A DNA stretch of 38,494 bases from Melioribacteraceae bacterium (GCA_015486905.1 WFQV01000247.1:1-38494), one strand, 5' to 3'; counted from the stretch's first letter, positions 9,276 through 18,187 are shown. Notes: generated by a model not told the origin, from the sequence alone. Numbers and translations: made by a program.

Positions 9276-10317
9276 CTTTGCTGCCGCGGATATTCAATGA
9301 TATTTCACCGTCATCTTCTAATTGTTTTGCTCTGTCAACAATTCTTGCTTGTGCTTTTTCAACTTCTTTTAATTTAACCATTCCCATGTATTGAAGCTCT
9401 TCTCTCAAAAGGTTTGCCGCTCTTTCGGACATATTGTTGAATATTTTATCTTTTAATTTTTCATCGGCAACTTTCATAGAGAGTAATAAGTCTTTACGAT
9501 CTATTTCGCGTAAAATAATTTGCAAATCTTTGTCGTTAACTTTAATAAGGTCGTCGAACATAAACATTAGTCTTTTAACTTCCGCTGCAATTCCCTCGTC
9601 CATCTCCTCCAATTTTTCGATAGTTTCTTTATTATCCGAGACTGACATTCTGTTCAAAATTTGTGCGAGGTTTTTAGGTCCGCCAATTTTTTCTACGGAC
9701 TGGCTCATAGTATTACCGGCAATTTCGTCAACTACTTTTTCCACTTGTTGAAGGGTTTGCGGAGAAACTTTACCCAAAGTAGCAATTCTGTAAGCCACTT
9801 CAATTCTCAGTGCTTCCGGAAGTTCGGCAAGTGCGTTTGCGGTCTGTTCCGGGTTCAAATGACACAAAATAAGTGCAATCGTTTGGGGATGTTCTTTTAC
9901 AAGGAAATTAACCAATTGTGAAGCATCAACATTTTTAAGCACATCAAAACCGCTAAGAGTTGTTAAATTCTTAACCTTCTCAATTATTTCCATTGCTTTT
10001 TCCACGCCGAAGGATTTTTCCAAGACGGCGCGGGCGTAATCCAATCCCCCTTCAAGGACATATTCCCGAGCAGTTACCATATTGTAAAATTCTTCTAACA
10101 CAATATCTACTTTATTTGCAGAAGCGTTACGAACTTTGGAAATTTCAGTTGAAATCATTTCAACTTCCGCAGTATCCAAATGTTTAAATACTTCGGCGGC
10201 GACTTCCACATCCAAAGCAATCAATAAAATTGCTGCTTTCTGAACCCCGTTAAATCCGCTGTTCGGAATAGCTTCCTTTTCTTTTTGCTGCAATGCTTCT
10301 GTCGGATTAGTATTCAT
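9259..10317 (-). CDS. fliG: Flagellar motor switch protein FliG
   Basis: 352 aa. GVQKAAILLIALDVEVAAEVFKHL near the N-terminus, the MFMFDDL motif and a C-terminal torque-helix region (MSERAANLLREELQYMG). Confidence 0.95.
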   Translation of the reverse strand: MNTNPTEALQQKEKEAIPNSGFNGVQKAAILLIALDVEVAAEVFKHLDTAEVEMISTEISKVRNASANKVDIVLEEFYNMVTAREYVLEGGLDYARAVLEKSFGVEKAMEIIEKVKNLTTLSGFDVLKNVDASQLVNFLVKEHPQTIALILCHLNPEQTANALAELPEALRIEVAYRIATLGKVSPQTLQQVEKVVDEIAGNTMSQSVEKIGGPKNLAQILNRMSVSDNKETIEKLEEMDEGIAAEVKRLMFMFDDLIKVNDKDLQIILREIDRKDLLLSMKVADEKLKDKIFNNMSERAANLLREELQYMGMVKLKEVEKAQARIVDRAKQLEDDGEISLNIRGSKGEVYV

Positions 10318-11932
10318 TTTCGTGTAACCAAGAATTTATTAGTTTTGCGGCATCTATCGGGTTTTGAGCTACATAATTGGCAATTTTTTCGTGTTGATAT
10401 TTTTTCATTGCGGCTTCATCCGTTATTTCATCTTCGAGGTCATTCATAGGTAAAACTTTCTTCTTTTTTGTCTGGGCTATTTGAGAGAGTTCTTGTTGAA
10501 TATTTTGCAGTTCGGGAATCGGTGCTCCACTTGCTCCGGCTAAAGCGGGGGGTGCTCCTTGTTTGACTTCTCCCGATAAAACTTTTTCCGTGTTAACTTT
10601 TTTAAGTAACCCTTTAAGAATAAAGAGTGAGGCGATAATTGCAAAAATTATCATTCCCATGTTAACTAATTTGTCCATATTGTTTGAGTCGAAAAATCCC
10701 GGCTGGGGTAGTTTGTCAATTTGCTCATCCCGGTGTAATTGCGGTTCGAATACAATATTCTCCAGCGTAAATTGATCACCCCGATTAACTTCGAAACCAA
10801 CGGCATTTTTGATTATTCCTTCCAATTTTTGCAATTCTTCCTGTGAGCGGGGTTTGTAAACATAAGAAACATTTTTACCTTTTTTTACTTTTACTTTTTT
10901 TTCATTAATTACTGCGGCTACCGAAAGTTTTGTGATATTTCCCGCTCCTTCAATTACTTTCTCCATAGTTTTACTAACTTCGTAATTTACCGTTGAATTC
11001 TGCGTAATGTTAGCGGTGGAATCCGAAACATTCTTGCCAATGTTTTGAGTCTTTGTCGTTTGTTCACTAATGGCAATTTGAGATTCCGGGTCAACTAATT
11101 GCATTGTTTTTTCAACTTGATTAAAATCTAAATCGGTATTTATTTGAACAATTGCGTTTCCCGGACCCAACACATTGTCCAGTATGCTTTGCGCTTTTTT
11201 ACGGAGATATTTTTCAACGGATTTCTTCAACTCATACTGTGAAGAAGATGCAAAAGTAAAAGAGTTTTCCTCTCTCTTCCGGCTTAATAGTTCGCCTTTG
11301 GTATCGATGATAGTAACGTTTTTAGGCAAAAGATTCTCCACACTTCCGGCAACCAATTTTTGAATTGCCAATATATTTTCTGCAGAGAGGTGAACACCCC
11401 CGCGTTCTTTGATTACAACCGATGCGGTGGGTTTAACTTCATCTTCCTTAAAAATTGCCTTTTTAGGAAATACAATATGCACCCTTGCGGCTTCAATTCC
11501 GTCCTGCTCCATTATTGTTCGGCACAGCTCCCCTTCCAATGCCCTTCTGTAATTTAACTTTTGCATAAATTCGGACATACCGATTGTGCTTTTATCGAAT
11601 ATCTCGTAACCTACAATCCCTGAATTGGGTATTCCCTTTGCTGCAAAATTCAAGCGGAGTGAGTAAACATTATTTTGAGGGACTTTAATTGTAGTACCGC
11701 CTGCTTCCAACTTGTAAGGGATCTTTTTTGCTTTCAAATCCTGCACTACTTTATTGGCGTCGGCAGGGTTCAAATTAGTGTAAAGTGTGGAAAAGCTGGG
11801 TGTATCCAAGAGGGAGAAGAGTACAATCAAAAGGATTACGGAAGTAATTGTAACTCCCCCTATCAATATTTTTTGAACCGAGGAGAGTTTGCTATAAACC
11901 TTCGTTAATTCGGAAACAAAATTCTCTTTCAT
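10307..11932 (-). CDS. fliF: Flagellar M-ring protein FliF
   Basis: 541 aa. N-terminal TM, YscJ/FliF ring domain (IPYKLEAGGTTIKVPQNNVYSLRLNFAAKGIP), second TM near residue 420, C-terminal FliG-binding tail. Confidence 0.95.
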   Translation of the reverse strand: MKENFVSELTKVYSKLSSVQKILIGGVTITSVILLIVLFSLLDTPSFSTLYTNLNPADANKVVQDLKAKKIPYKLEAGGTTIKVPQNNVYSLRLNFAAKGIPNSGIVGYEIFDKSTIGMSEFMQKLNYRRALEGELCRTIMEQDGIEAARVHIVFPKKAIFKEDEVKPTASVVIKERGGVHLSAENILAIQKLVAGSVENLLPKNVTIIDTKGELLSRKREENSFTFASSSQYELKKSVEKYLRKKAQSILDNVLGPGNAIVQINTDLDFNQVEKTMQLVDPESQIAISEQTTKTQNIGKNVSDSTANITQNSTVNYEVSKTMEKVIEGAGNITKLSVAAVINEKKVKVKKGKNVSYVYKPRSQEELQKLEGIIKNAVGFEVNRGDQFTLENIVFEPQLHRDEQIDKLPQPGFFDSNNMDKLVNMGMIIFAIIASLFILKGLLKKVNTEKVLSGEVKQGAPPALAGASGAPIPELQNIQQELSQIAQTKKKKVLPMNDLEDEITDEAAMKKYQHEKIANYVAQNPIDAAKLINSWLHENEY

Positions 11933-11935
11933 GGA

Positions 11936-12220
11936 TTATATCTGCATTTTTGTTAATTCTTTGTAAGTTTCAATTGCTTTGTTTCTAATTTCAACCAAGA
12001 GTTCAAGGTTGGTCTTTGCTTTTTCACCGGCAATCATTACCTCGTGAATTGGTACGCCTTTACCTAACACAAAATCTTGGGTTAGCTCCTGCGCTTTTTT
12101 CTCCGAAGCACTGACGTTTTCCACAAATGAGCCGAGTACTTCTTTGAAGCCGGTTGACTTTTTACTTTGTGTTTCTTTAATAAAACTTGAACTAATCGAA
12201 TTAATTGCACCTATTTTCAT
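11936..12220 (-). CDS. fliE: Flagellar hook-basal body complex protein FliE
   Basis: 94 aa. C-terminal FliE signature IHEVMIAGEKAKTNLELLVEIRNKAIETYKELTKMQI. Confidence 0.9.
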   Translation of the reverse strand: MKIGAINSISSSFIKETQSKKSTGFKEVLGSFVENVSASEKKAQELTQDFVLGKGVPIHEVMIAGEKAKTNLELLVEIRNKAIETYKELTKMQI

Positions 12221-12221
12221 T

Positions 12222-12461
12222 TTATCCTCTTAAATCAATGTTATTTCCAATTGCCACGCCGCCAAATTTCCCGCTTTTATTGTAGAAATGGTAGCTAATT
12301 ACCTTTTCCTTTTCTGCGGGGTACATTTCGGCAAAAAATTTTTTTTCTTTCCGATTAATATCCAGTTCGCTAACTTTCACTTTTTTAGCCTTGGAAAGCG
12401 ATTGAGCATTTTTAACGGAACGAATTCCGTAATTACCAACCGGGTTTGTCGTGATTTTCAT
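12222..12461 (-). CDS. Hypothetical 79-aa protein inserted between flgC and fliE
   Basis: ATG-initiated ORF filling the whole flgC-fliE gap, with 2-nt and 1-nt spacers. I recognise no family. Basic, no TM helix. Coding status inferred from tight packing only. Confidence 0.45.
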   Translation of the reverse strand: MKITTNPVGNYGIRSVKNAQSLSKAKKVKVSELDINRKEKKFFAEMYPAEKEKVISYHFYNKSGKFGGVAIGNNIDLRG

Positions 12462-12463
12462 TT

Positions 12464-12961
12464 TTAAATATCCAAAGAATTTTTAATAATGGTTTTTGAA
12501 GATTTCAATGCGGTTAAGTTAGCTTCGTAAGAACGTGTTGCATTAATCATATCGACCATTTCATTGATAATGTTAACGTTTGGTAATTGCACATATCCGT
12601 TTTCATCCGCGTCCGGGTGATTGGGCATAAACACATATTCACCCTTAGATTTGTCTTCCATTACTTGAAAATTTGCGTTCACTTTTTCACCTCCGCTAAT
12701 TTCTTCTTCTTCACCTTTAAAGTGACCGGGTTCGGTGGTTCTTAGTTGAATCGAGTTGGTAAAACCAAAGTTATTTTGGAAATCGTTTTCGGTAATAGCG
12801 CCCACACGCAGGAATTTACGATGATACGGTTGACCGTTCTTGGTGTTGGTAGTTTCGGAATTTGCAATATTTTCGGAGATTAATTTAATTTTAATCCGTT
12901 GTAAATTTAGCCCCTGAGCGCTGATGTTAAAAGCCGCAAAATTACTATCACCTATTTTCAT
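12464..12961 (-). CDS. flgC: Flagellar basal-body rod protein FlgC
   Basis: 165 aa. FNISAQGLNLQRIKIKLISENIANSETT N-terminus and NVNIINEMVDMINATRSYEANLTALKSSKTI C-terminus. Confidence 0.95.
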   Translation of the reverse strand: MKIGDSNFAAFNISAQGLNLQRIKIKLISENIANSETTNTKNGQPYHRKFLRVGAITENDFQNNFGFTNSIQLRTTEPGHFKGEEEEISGGEKVNANFQVMEDKSKGEYVFMPNHPDADENGYVQLPNVNIINEMVDMINATRSYEANLTALKSSKTIIKNSLDI

Positions 12962-13347
12962 TAGTAATTACCTCCTTTAATAACAAATTGTAATTTTTTG
13001 AAGACATTATTAACTTGTTTGGAGGCGAATTCGAAATTAAGGGTATTTTTAGCTAATTCAGCCATTTCGTTTTCAATATTAATTTCGCCATTGTCCACAT
13101 CATATTCATTGCCATTTTGCAGTTGGAAAATATTTTGAATATCGGATTGTACCGGTTTGGCAATATGATTCGGTTCGGTTGTTTTTAAAGTCCCAATTTC
13201 TTCTTTTTCGAGATATTCGCTAAAATTCAGAGATTTTTTCCTGTAGTTCACTGAATCTCTGTTAGCAATATTTTCGCTAATTATTTTATTCTTTTCAACT
13301 AAGAAATCGAGATAAGTTTTTAGAAGTTTTACTTGTCCAACACTCAT
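12961..13347 (-). CDS. flgB: Flagellar basal-body rod protein FlgB
   Basis: 128 aa. ISENIANRDSVNYRKK rod motif and C-terminal NIENEMAELAKNTLNFEFASKQ. First gene of the flgB-fliE block. Confidence 0.9.
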   Translation of the reverse strand: MSVGQVKLLKTYLDFLVEKNKIISENIANRDSVNYRKKSLNFSEYLEKEEIGTLKTTEPNHIAKPVQSDIQNIFQLQNGNEYDVDNGEINIENEMAELAKNTLNFEFASKQVNNVFKKLQFVIKGGNY

Positions 13348-13373
13348 ATTGAATCCTTTTTTATTGATTCCCG

Positions 13374-13390
13374 TTCAATATTAGTGCCAG
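13374..13390 (-). promoter_or_regulatory. Candidate sigma-54-type promoter upstream of flgB
   Basis: Minus strand reads CTGGCACtaataTTGAA: a perfect -24 TGGCAC, 5-nt spacer, then TTG, with the -12 GC replaced by GA. It lies 26 nt upstream of the flgB ATG, in the only sizeable gap (113 nt) of the minus-strand array. Confidence 0.35.
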
Positions 13391-13460
13391 TTAAAAAGTA
13401 AGATTAAGTCAATTATTTGAAGATTTGCTTCCCTCTTATTGGCTAAATATAAGCACTTGA

Positions 13461-13712
13461 TTAATTTTCTTCATCATAATCAAGGAATAATGATTTGGTT
13501 TGTCCGCATGAGCAAATGAATTTAATTTCTCTTATTCTGTCGTTTTCATCTTTGTTAAGTACAATCTTAACGCCGTCATGACTTTCTTCCATAACTTCAA
13601 TTTTCATTTTACCTTTAAGATTGTAGCCGCCGTTTTTTACAATTTTGCCTTTCCCGCCCCGGGAGGTAGAAGCGACCGAAGAGAAAACAGTTTCAGTAAA
13701 TTTATCTTTCAT
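13461..13712 (-). CDS. Hypothetical 83-aa protein downstream of cheB
   Basis: ATG ORF 5 nt after the cheB stop. Gly/Lys-rich N-terminal part, acidic tail, CSCG motif near the C-terminus. No family recognised. Confidence 0.4.
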   Translation of the reverse strand: MKDKFTETVFSSVASTSRGGKGKIVKNGGYNLKGKMKIEVMEESHDGVKIVLNKDENDRIREIKFICSCGQTKSLFLDYDEEN

Positions 13713-13717
13713 TTTAA

Positions 13718-14761
13718 TTAACCGACTAATTTGTTAATAAATTCCGGAATTTCTTTTAAAGGAAGTATTGCATCGGCGATACCGTTATCAACTATTGATT
13801 TCGGCATTCCGTAAATAACACTTGTGCTTTCGTCCTGAGCAATGCTGTAACCGCCGATTCTTTTTAATTTTTTAACCCCTTCGGTTCCGTCATGCCCCAT
13901 TCCGGTCATAATAGTGCTTATTAATTTATCGCCGTAAACATCAACTAAAGAGCTTAACATCACATCAACCGAAGGTCTGAAAATAGTGTTATTGGGGAAA
14001 TCACTTATTTTAATTCGAAGCTGCCCGTTATTTTTAAGCGTCATGTGCTTACCACCGGGAGCAATGTAAACGACCCCGTTTTCTACCGGCTCGTCGTTTT
14101 CGGCTTCTTTTACTTTTACTCTGCTAGCGTTGTCTAATCTTTGTGCCAAGGAAAACGTAAATTTAGGCGGCATATGCTGAACAATAAAAACAGGGGTTTT
14201 TAAATTCTCGGATATGTGTGGAATTACCTCTTTTAATGAAAGCGGTCCGCCGGTAGAAATTCCTATCGATACGGCTCTGAAATTCTTATTAACAGGTTCT
14301 TTAAATATTTTAGAATGAGCAACTTCATTTCTATTTGCATTAAAAACGCTTAATCTGCTTTTTACTGCAATTTGTTTTATTTTTTTTACTAAGTCGCCTT
14401 TTATTTTTTTGATGTCCACATTAACAAAGGACATACCTTTAGGAATAAAATCCACGGCGCCTAAACTAAGAGCTTTAATAGTAGCCTCTGCTCCCTCCGA
14501 AGTAAGTGAGCTAACCATAATTACGGCGGTAGGTCTTTGTACCATTATTTTTTGCAAAGCGGTCAAGCCATCCATTACAGGCATTTCAATATCGAGCGTA
14601 ATAATATCGGGACGGAGTTTGTTGTTTAATTCCACCGCCTCCAACCCGTTTTTTGCCTTGCCCACTATTTCGAAATCGACTTCATCTTTTAAGATAATCT
14701 CTAACGATTTACGCATAAAAGCCGAATCGTCCACAATTAATATTTTTATTTTATCCTTCAA
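13718..14761 (-). CDS. cheB: Chemotaxis response regulator protein-glutamate methylesterase CheB
   Basis: 347 aa. Receiver domain (ILIVDDSAFMR...DIITLDIEMPVMDG) plus CheB esterase domain (GISTGGP, HMPPKFT, GMGHDG). Confidence 0.95.
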   Translation of the reverse strand: MKDKIKILIVDDSAFMRKSLEIILKDEVDFEIVGKAKNGLEAVELNNKLRPDIITLDIEMPVMDGLTALQKIMVQRPTAVIMVSSLTSEGAEATIKALSLGAVDFIPKGMSFVNVDIKKIKGDLVKKIKQIAVKSRLSVFNANRNEVAHSKIFKEPVNKNFRAVSIGISTGGPLSLKEVIPHISENLKTPVFIVQHMPPKFTFSLAQRLDNASRVKVKEAENDEPVENGVVYIAPGGKHMTLKNNGQLRIKISDFPNNTIFRPSVDVMLSSLVDVYGDKLISTIMTGMGHDGTEGVKKLKRIGGYSIAQDESTSVIYGMPKSIVDNGIADAILPLKEIPEFINKLVG

Positions 14762-16661
14762 TTTTCTCCAGCATATTATTTAACAATTCGGAAAGGTCAA
14801 CAATCATTACAACCGACCCGTCGCCCATTATGGTGGAGCCGGCTATTCCGGGCACATTACCCATATAACTGCCCAAAGATTTAATAACTACTTCTTTTTG
14901 CCCGATAACTTCATCAACTTTAATACCGTATTTACTTTCGGCAACTTGTACGACAATAACATACTGCCAAACATCTTGTGATTCTTTTTTACTTCCTCGC
15001 AACATTTGTTGGATTGAAATAAGAGGAATTACCTCATCTCGGACATTTGTTACTTCTTTTCCTTTTATGGTGTAAATGTCTTCGATGTGCAAACGCATTA
15101 CTTCCAAAATATTGTTTAAGGGAATTACGAAAATTTCTTCCCCGGAACGAATTACCATTCCCGAAATAATTGCAAGCGTAAGAGGAAGTTTAATAGTAAT
15201 CAAAGTCCCTTCCCCAACTTCGCTATCGATATTAATCATTCCCCTGAGCTTTTTAACGTTTGTTTTTACCACATCCATTCCTACACCACGGCCCGAAATA
15301 TTTGTAACTTTTTCAGCCGTTGAAAATCCCGGCAGAAAAATTAAGTTAAAAATATCCTGCTTAGTTAAATCTTCTGCTTTTTCTTTGGAGATTAGCCCTT
15401 TCTCAATCGCTTTATTTTTAATAACATTCGGGTCTATTCCTTTTCCGTCGTCTTTAATAGTAATTACAATATTATTCCCTTCCGGGTAAGCGTTCAGCCA
15501 GATATTACCGGTTTCATCTTTACCGGCTTTTTTACGGATTTCCGGCAGTTCAATTCCGTGATCGATTGAATTTCTAATCAAATGTACGAGAGGGTCGTTG
15601 ATTTCTTCAATCAGCGTTTTGTCAAGCTCGGTATCTTCGCCGTGAATTACTAAATTAACTTTCTTTTTTGTTTCTTTTGAAAGGTCTCGTACAAGGCGGG
15701 GATATTTGTTAAAGACTTTGCCAATTTTAACCATCCTTGTTTTCATTACCACCAATTGAAGCTCGTTGGTCATTAAATCTATTTGTTTTGCGGCTTCACC
15801 TAAAATCTTTGTTGTTTCATTGTTCTCGTTTTCCAAAAGAATTTTTTCGTAAGCTTGTTGCAATTGATTTCTTCCAAGTACAAGCTCCGTTACAATATTC
15901 AGCAAATCATCAAGCCTTTCAACGTCAACTCGAATAGAGGATTCCCCTTTGGAAGTGGTCCTTTTAATTATGTTTTCGACTTTTTGTTCGGTTTGTTCAT
16001 CGGCAGAGTTTCCATTTCCGTTTTCATCCGAAATTTCTACCGGTTCTTCTTTTGTTACTTCCGTTTCAACGGAAGGATTTATTTCCTCTTGTGTTTTTGC
16101 TTTTTCTTTATCATTTGTTTCAGGCTTTACTTTCTCTTTTGCTTTGGGAACTTTCTTTGTAGATTTTTTGGAAGAAGCTTTTGTCCTTTTTGTACTCTTT
16201 TTAGCCGTGGATTTCACCGCTTTCTTAACGGGGGCATCTTCTTCCAAGGCTTTAATTGTATTGTCCAATTTTTCTACAATATCAGCGATTTCGACATCTT
16301 CATTCAAATTATTTTCAATCGAAGCAAGCAATAAAACTATTTTATCGTATGCCCCGAGTATGATGTCCATTAAATCGGTGTTTAATTCCGTTTCGCCTTT
16401 TCTTAGTTTATTCAAAATGTCTTCACAACGGTGTGTTACGAGCGTGGTTTTGTCCAGCCCTAAAAATCCCGAAGTACCTTTTAGCGTGTGAAAACTTCTG
16501 AATATCTTATTCAAAAGCTCTTCGTCTTTAGGATCATTTTCAAGTTCGACAAGGTCCGAATTAAGATTCTCGAGAATTTCCCGCGATTCCTCAATGAAAC
16601 TCTCAACAATTTCTTTCATTTCAGGATCTTGCAATAAGCTATTTAAATCACCATCGTTCAT
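14751..16661 (-). CDS. cheA: Chemotaxis histidine kinase CheA (Hpt, low-complexity linker, dimerisation, HATPase and CheW-like domains)
   Basis: 636 aa. P1 phosphorylation site FRSFHTLKGTSGFLG, P3 IRVDVERLDDLLNIVTELV, the P4 ATP-binding boxes (HLIRNSIDHG, DDGKGID, GRGVGMDVV) and a C-terminal CheW-like P5. Confidence 0.95.
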   Translation of the reverse strand: MNDGDLNSLLQDPEMKEIVESFIEESREILENLNSDLVELENDPKDEELLNKIFRSFHTLKGTSGFLGLDKTTLVTHRCEDILNKLRKGETELNTDLMDIILGAYDKIVLLLASIENNLNEDVEIADIVEKLDNTIKALEEDAPVKKAVKSTAKKSTKRTKASSKKSTKKVPKAKEKVKPETNDKEKAKTQEEINPSVETEVTKEEPVEISDENGNGNSADEQTEQKVENIIKRTTSKGESSIRVDVERLDDLLNIVTELVLGRNQLQQAYEKILLENENNETTKILGEAAKQIDLMTNELQLVVMKTRMVKIGKVFNKYPRLVRDLSKETKKKVNLVIHGEDTELDKTLIEEINDPLVHLIRNSIDHGIELPEIRKKAGKDETGNIWLNAYPEGNNIVITIKDDGKGIDPNVIKNKAIEKGLISKEKAEDLTKQDIFNLIFLPGFSTAEKVTNISGRGVGMDVVKTNVKKLRGMINIDSEVGEGTLITIKLPLTLAIISGMVIRSGEEIFVIPLNNILEVMRLHIEDIYTIKGKEVTNVRDEVIPLISIQQMLRGSKKESQDVWQYVIVVQVAESKYGIKVDEVIGQKEVVIKSLGSYMGNVPGIAGSTIMGDGSVVMIVDLSELLNNMLEKIEG

Positions 16662-17413
16662 TTCGTCTCCGAAAATAATTTGTCTATTTCGTCCTGTGTT
16701 GTACTTTCCGAAGTATTATTAAACAGACCGTCTGCAACGTTTTGCCGGCCAGTTTCATGCGAGTAATTGGCGTGTTCGTCAAAAACAATCTCTTTGTTCG
16801 TGTAATTCTCTTCGATTTCTTTTAGTTCGGCATCTTCCAAATCGGTAATTAAGTTAGTCAATTTGTACTGTACCGATTCAATCAGATGATTAACTGCTGC
16901 CAGTTGTTGACTTGTAATGTCCTGAACCTGAAGGGAAAGAGTGATTTGATAATTGGATTCATTTACTTTTTGGATAATCGATTTAACTTCCGTTAATTTT
17001 TCGACAATATCGCCGCCGTAAAGTTCGTCTATCAATTCATTAGCTCGACTATTCTTTACGAGCAATTTCAGTTCGCGAAGTTTTTCATTTCGACTATTTC
17101 CCCAATTTAAGCACTCAGAAATGGATTCATCCGCCGAAGTTAATTTTGTCGAAACATCATCTACAATATCCAAAATTTCGGTAGTAGCTAATTCCGTAGC
17201 GGCAGAGACATCAGTAATCTTATCTTTTGCTGTTGGAATCTTATGTGTGCTTTCCTCTATTGAATGGTTGATATTCTCCAGCAAAGGTACGGTATCTTTC
17301 ATAAAGTCAATAAGACTTTGAATAACAGGAATAATTTTCTGTCCGTAAACAAAAACGGCTTTCAAATCGTTAAGTTTTCCGAAAAGCTCACTCATATTTT
17401 GTGGATAATCCAT
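16658..17413 (-). CDS. CheZ-like chemotaxis phosphatase (putative)
   Basis: 251 aa helical protein between cheY and cheA. Contains LSLQVQDITSQQLAAVNHLIE, a DxxxQ motif in the same context as the E. coli CheZ active site QDFQDLTGQ. Confidence 0.55.
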   Translation of the reverse strand: MDYPQNMSELFGKLNDLKAVFVYGQKIIPVIQSLIDFMKDTVPLLENINHSIEESTHKIPTAKDKITDVSAATELATTEILDIVDDVSTKLTSADESISECLNWGNSRNEKLRELKLLVKNSRANELIDELYGGDIVEKLTEVKSIIQKVNESNYQITLSLQVQDITSQQLAAVNHLIESVQYKLTNLITDLEDAELKEIEENYTNKEIVFDEHANYSHETGRQNVADGLFNNTSESTTQDEIDKLFSETK

Positions 17414-17425
17414 TATTATCTTCCA

Positions 17426-17803
17426 TTATGCTATTGTTAATACTTGGCTTATTTTTTCTTTCAATACATGCGGAGTAAAAGGTTTAATGATGTAATTATT
17501 GACCCTTGCTTGAAGAGCCTGGAGAATATCTTCCTTAACTCCTCTCGTGGTAACCATTAAAATTGGCATATCTTTAAACTTCTCGTTTCCCCTAATAGCT
17601 TTGGTAAGTTCCAAACCGGACATTACAGGCATATTCCAATCCGTAATCACAAAATTGATTTCAGGATCGGAATTAAGCTTTTCAAGCGCATCTTTACCGT
17701 CCACGGCTTCTACAAAAGATTCGAAGCCCAAATTTTTAAGTGAATTACCGACTATTCTACGCATTGTAGCGGAATCGTCAACCACTAAAAATTTTACTGA
17801 CAT
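17426..17803 (-). CDS. cheY: Chemotaxis response regulator CheY
   Basis: 125 aa single receiver domain. FLVVDDSATMRRIV, ITDWNMPVMSG, MVTT, NNYIIKPF: a classical CheY pattern. Confidence 0.9.
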   Translation of the reverse strand: MSVKFLVVDDSATMRRIVGNSLKNLGFESFVEAVDGKDALEKLNSDPEINFVITDWNMPVMSGLELTKAIRGNEKFKDMPILMVTTRGVKEDILQALQARVNNYIIKPFTPHVLKEKISQVLTIA

Positions 17804-17814
17804 TTTATCATCCC

Positions 17815-18180
17815 CTAATTAATGTATTTTGAAATTTCATAAAGCACAATTTTTTGATTAAACGGTTTAATGAGATAAGAATCAGCTCCGTAATTTAATC
17901 CCCGTTGAATATCATCTTTACGGTCTAACGAACTGAGAATAATAATGGGAACTTCCCTGTAATTCTCGTTTTCCCTAACGGATTTAATAAGTTCAAAACC
18001 GTCCAGGTTAGGCATATTCAAATCCGTAATAATTAAATCAATTTTATTGGAAGGGAGTAATTCAAGAGCTTCCATTCCATCGGATGCGGAGAGAATATCA
18101 AAACCGTTCATTTTCAGCGAAAGTGTAACGAACTTCCTAATAGTAGGCGAATCATCCGCTATTAAAATCTTTTTTCTCAT
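17815..18180 (-). CDS. Second single-domain CheY-like response regulator
   Basis: 121 aa receiver. ILIADDSPTIRK, IITDLNMPNLDG, ILSS, SYLIKPF. Confidence 0.85.
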   Translation of the reverse strand: MRKKILIADDSPTIRKFVTLSLKMNGFDILSASDGMEALELLPSNKIDLIITDLNMPNLDGFELIKSVRENENYREVPIIILSSLDRKDDIQRGLNYGADSYLIKPFNQKIVLYEISKYIN

Positions 18181-18187
18181 TTTTATC

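Noticed and set aside
15076-16491. Plus-strand ORFs of 137, 66, 159 and 180 aa antisense to cheA
   Set aside because: These Phe/Ser/Cys-rich translations arise from the complement of Lys/Glu-rich cheA codons. They overlap each other and the well-supported cheA frame.
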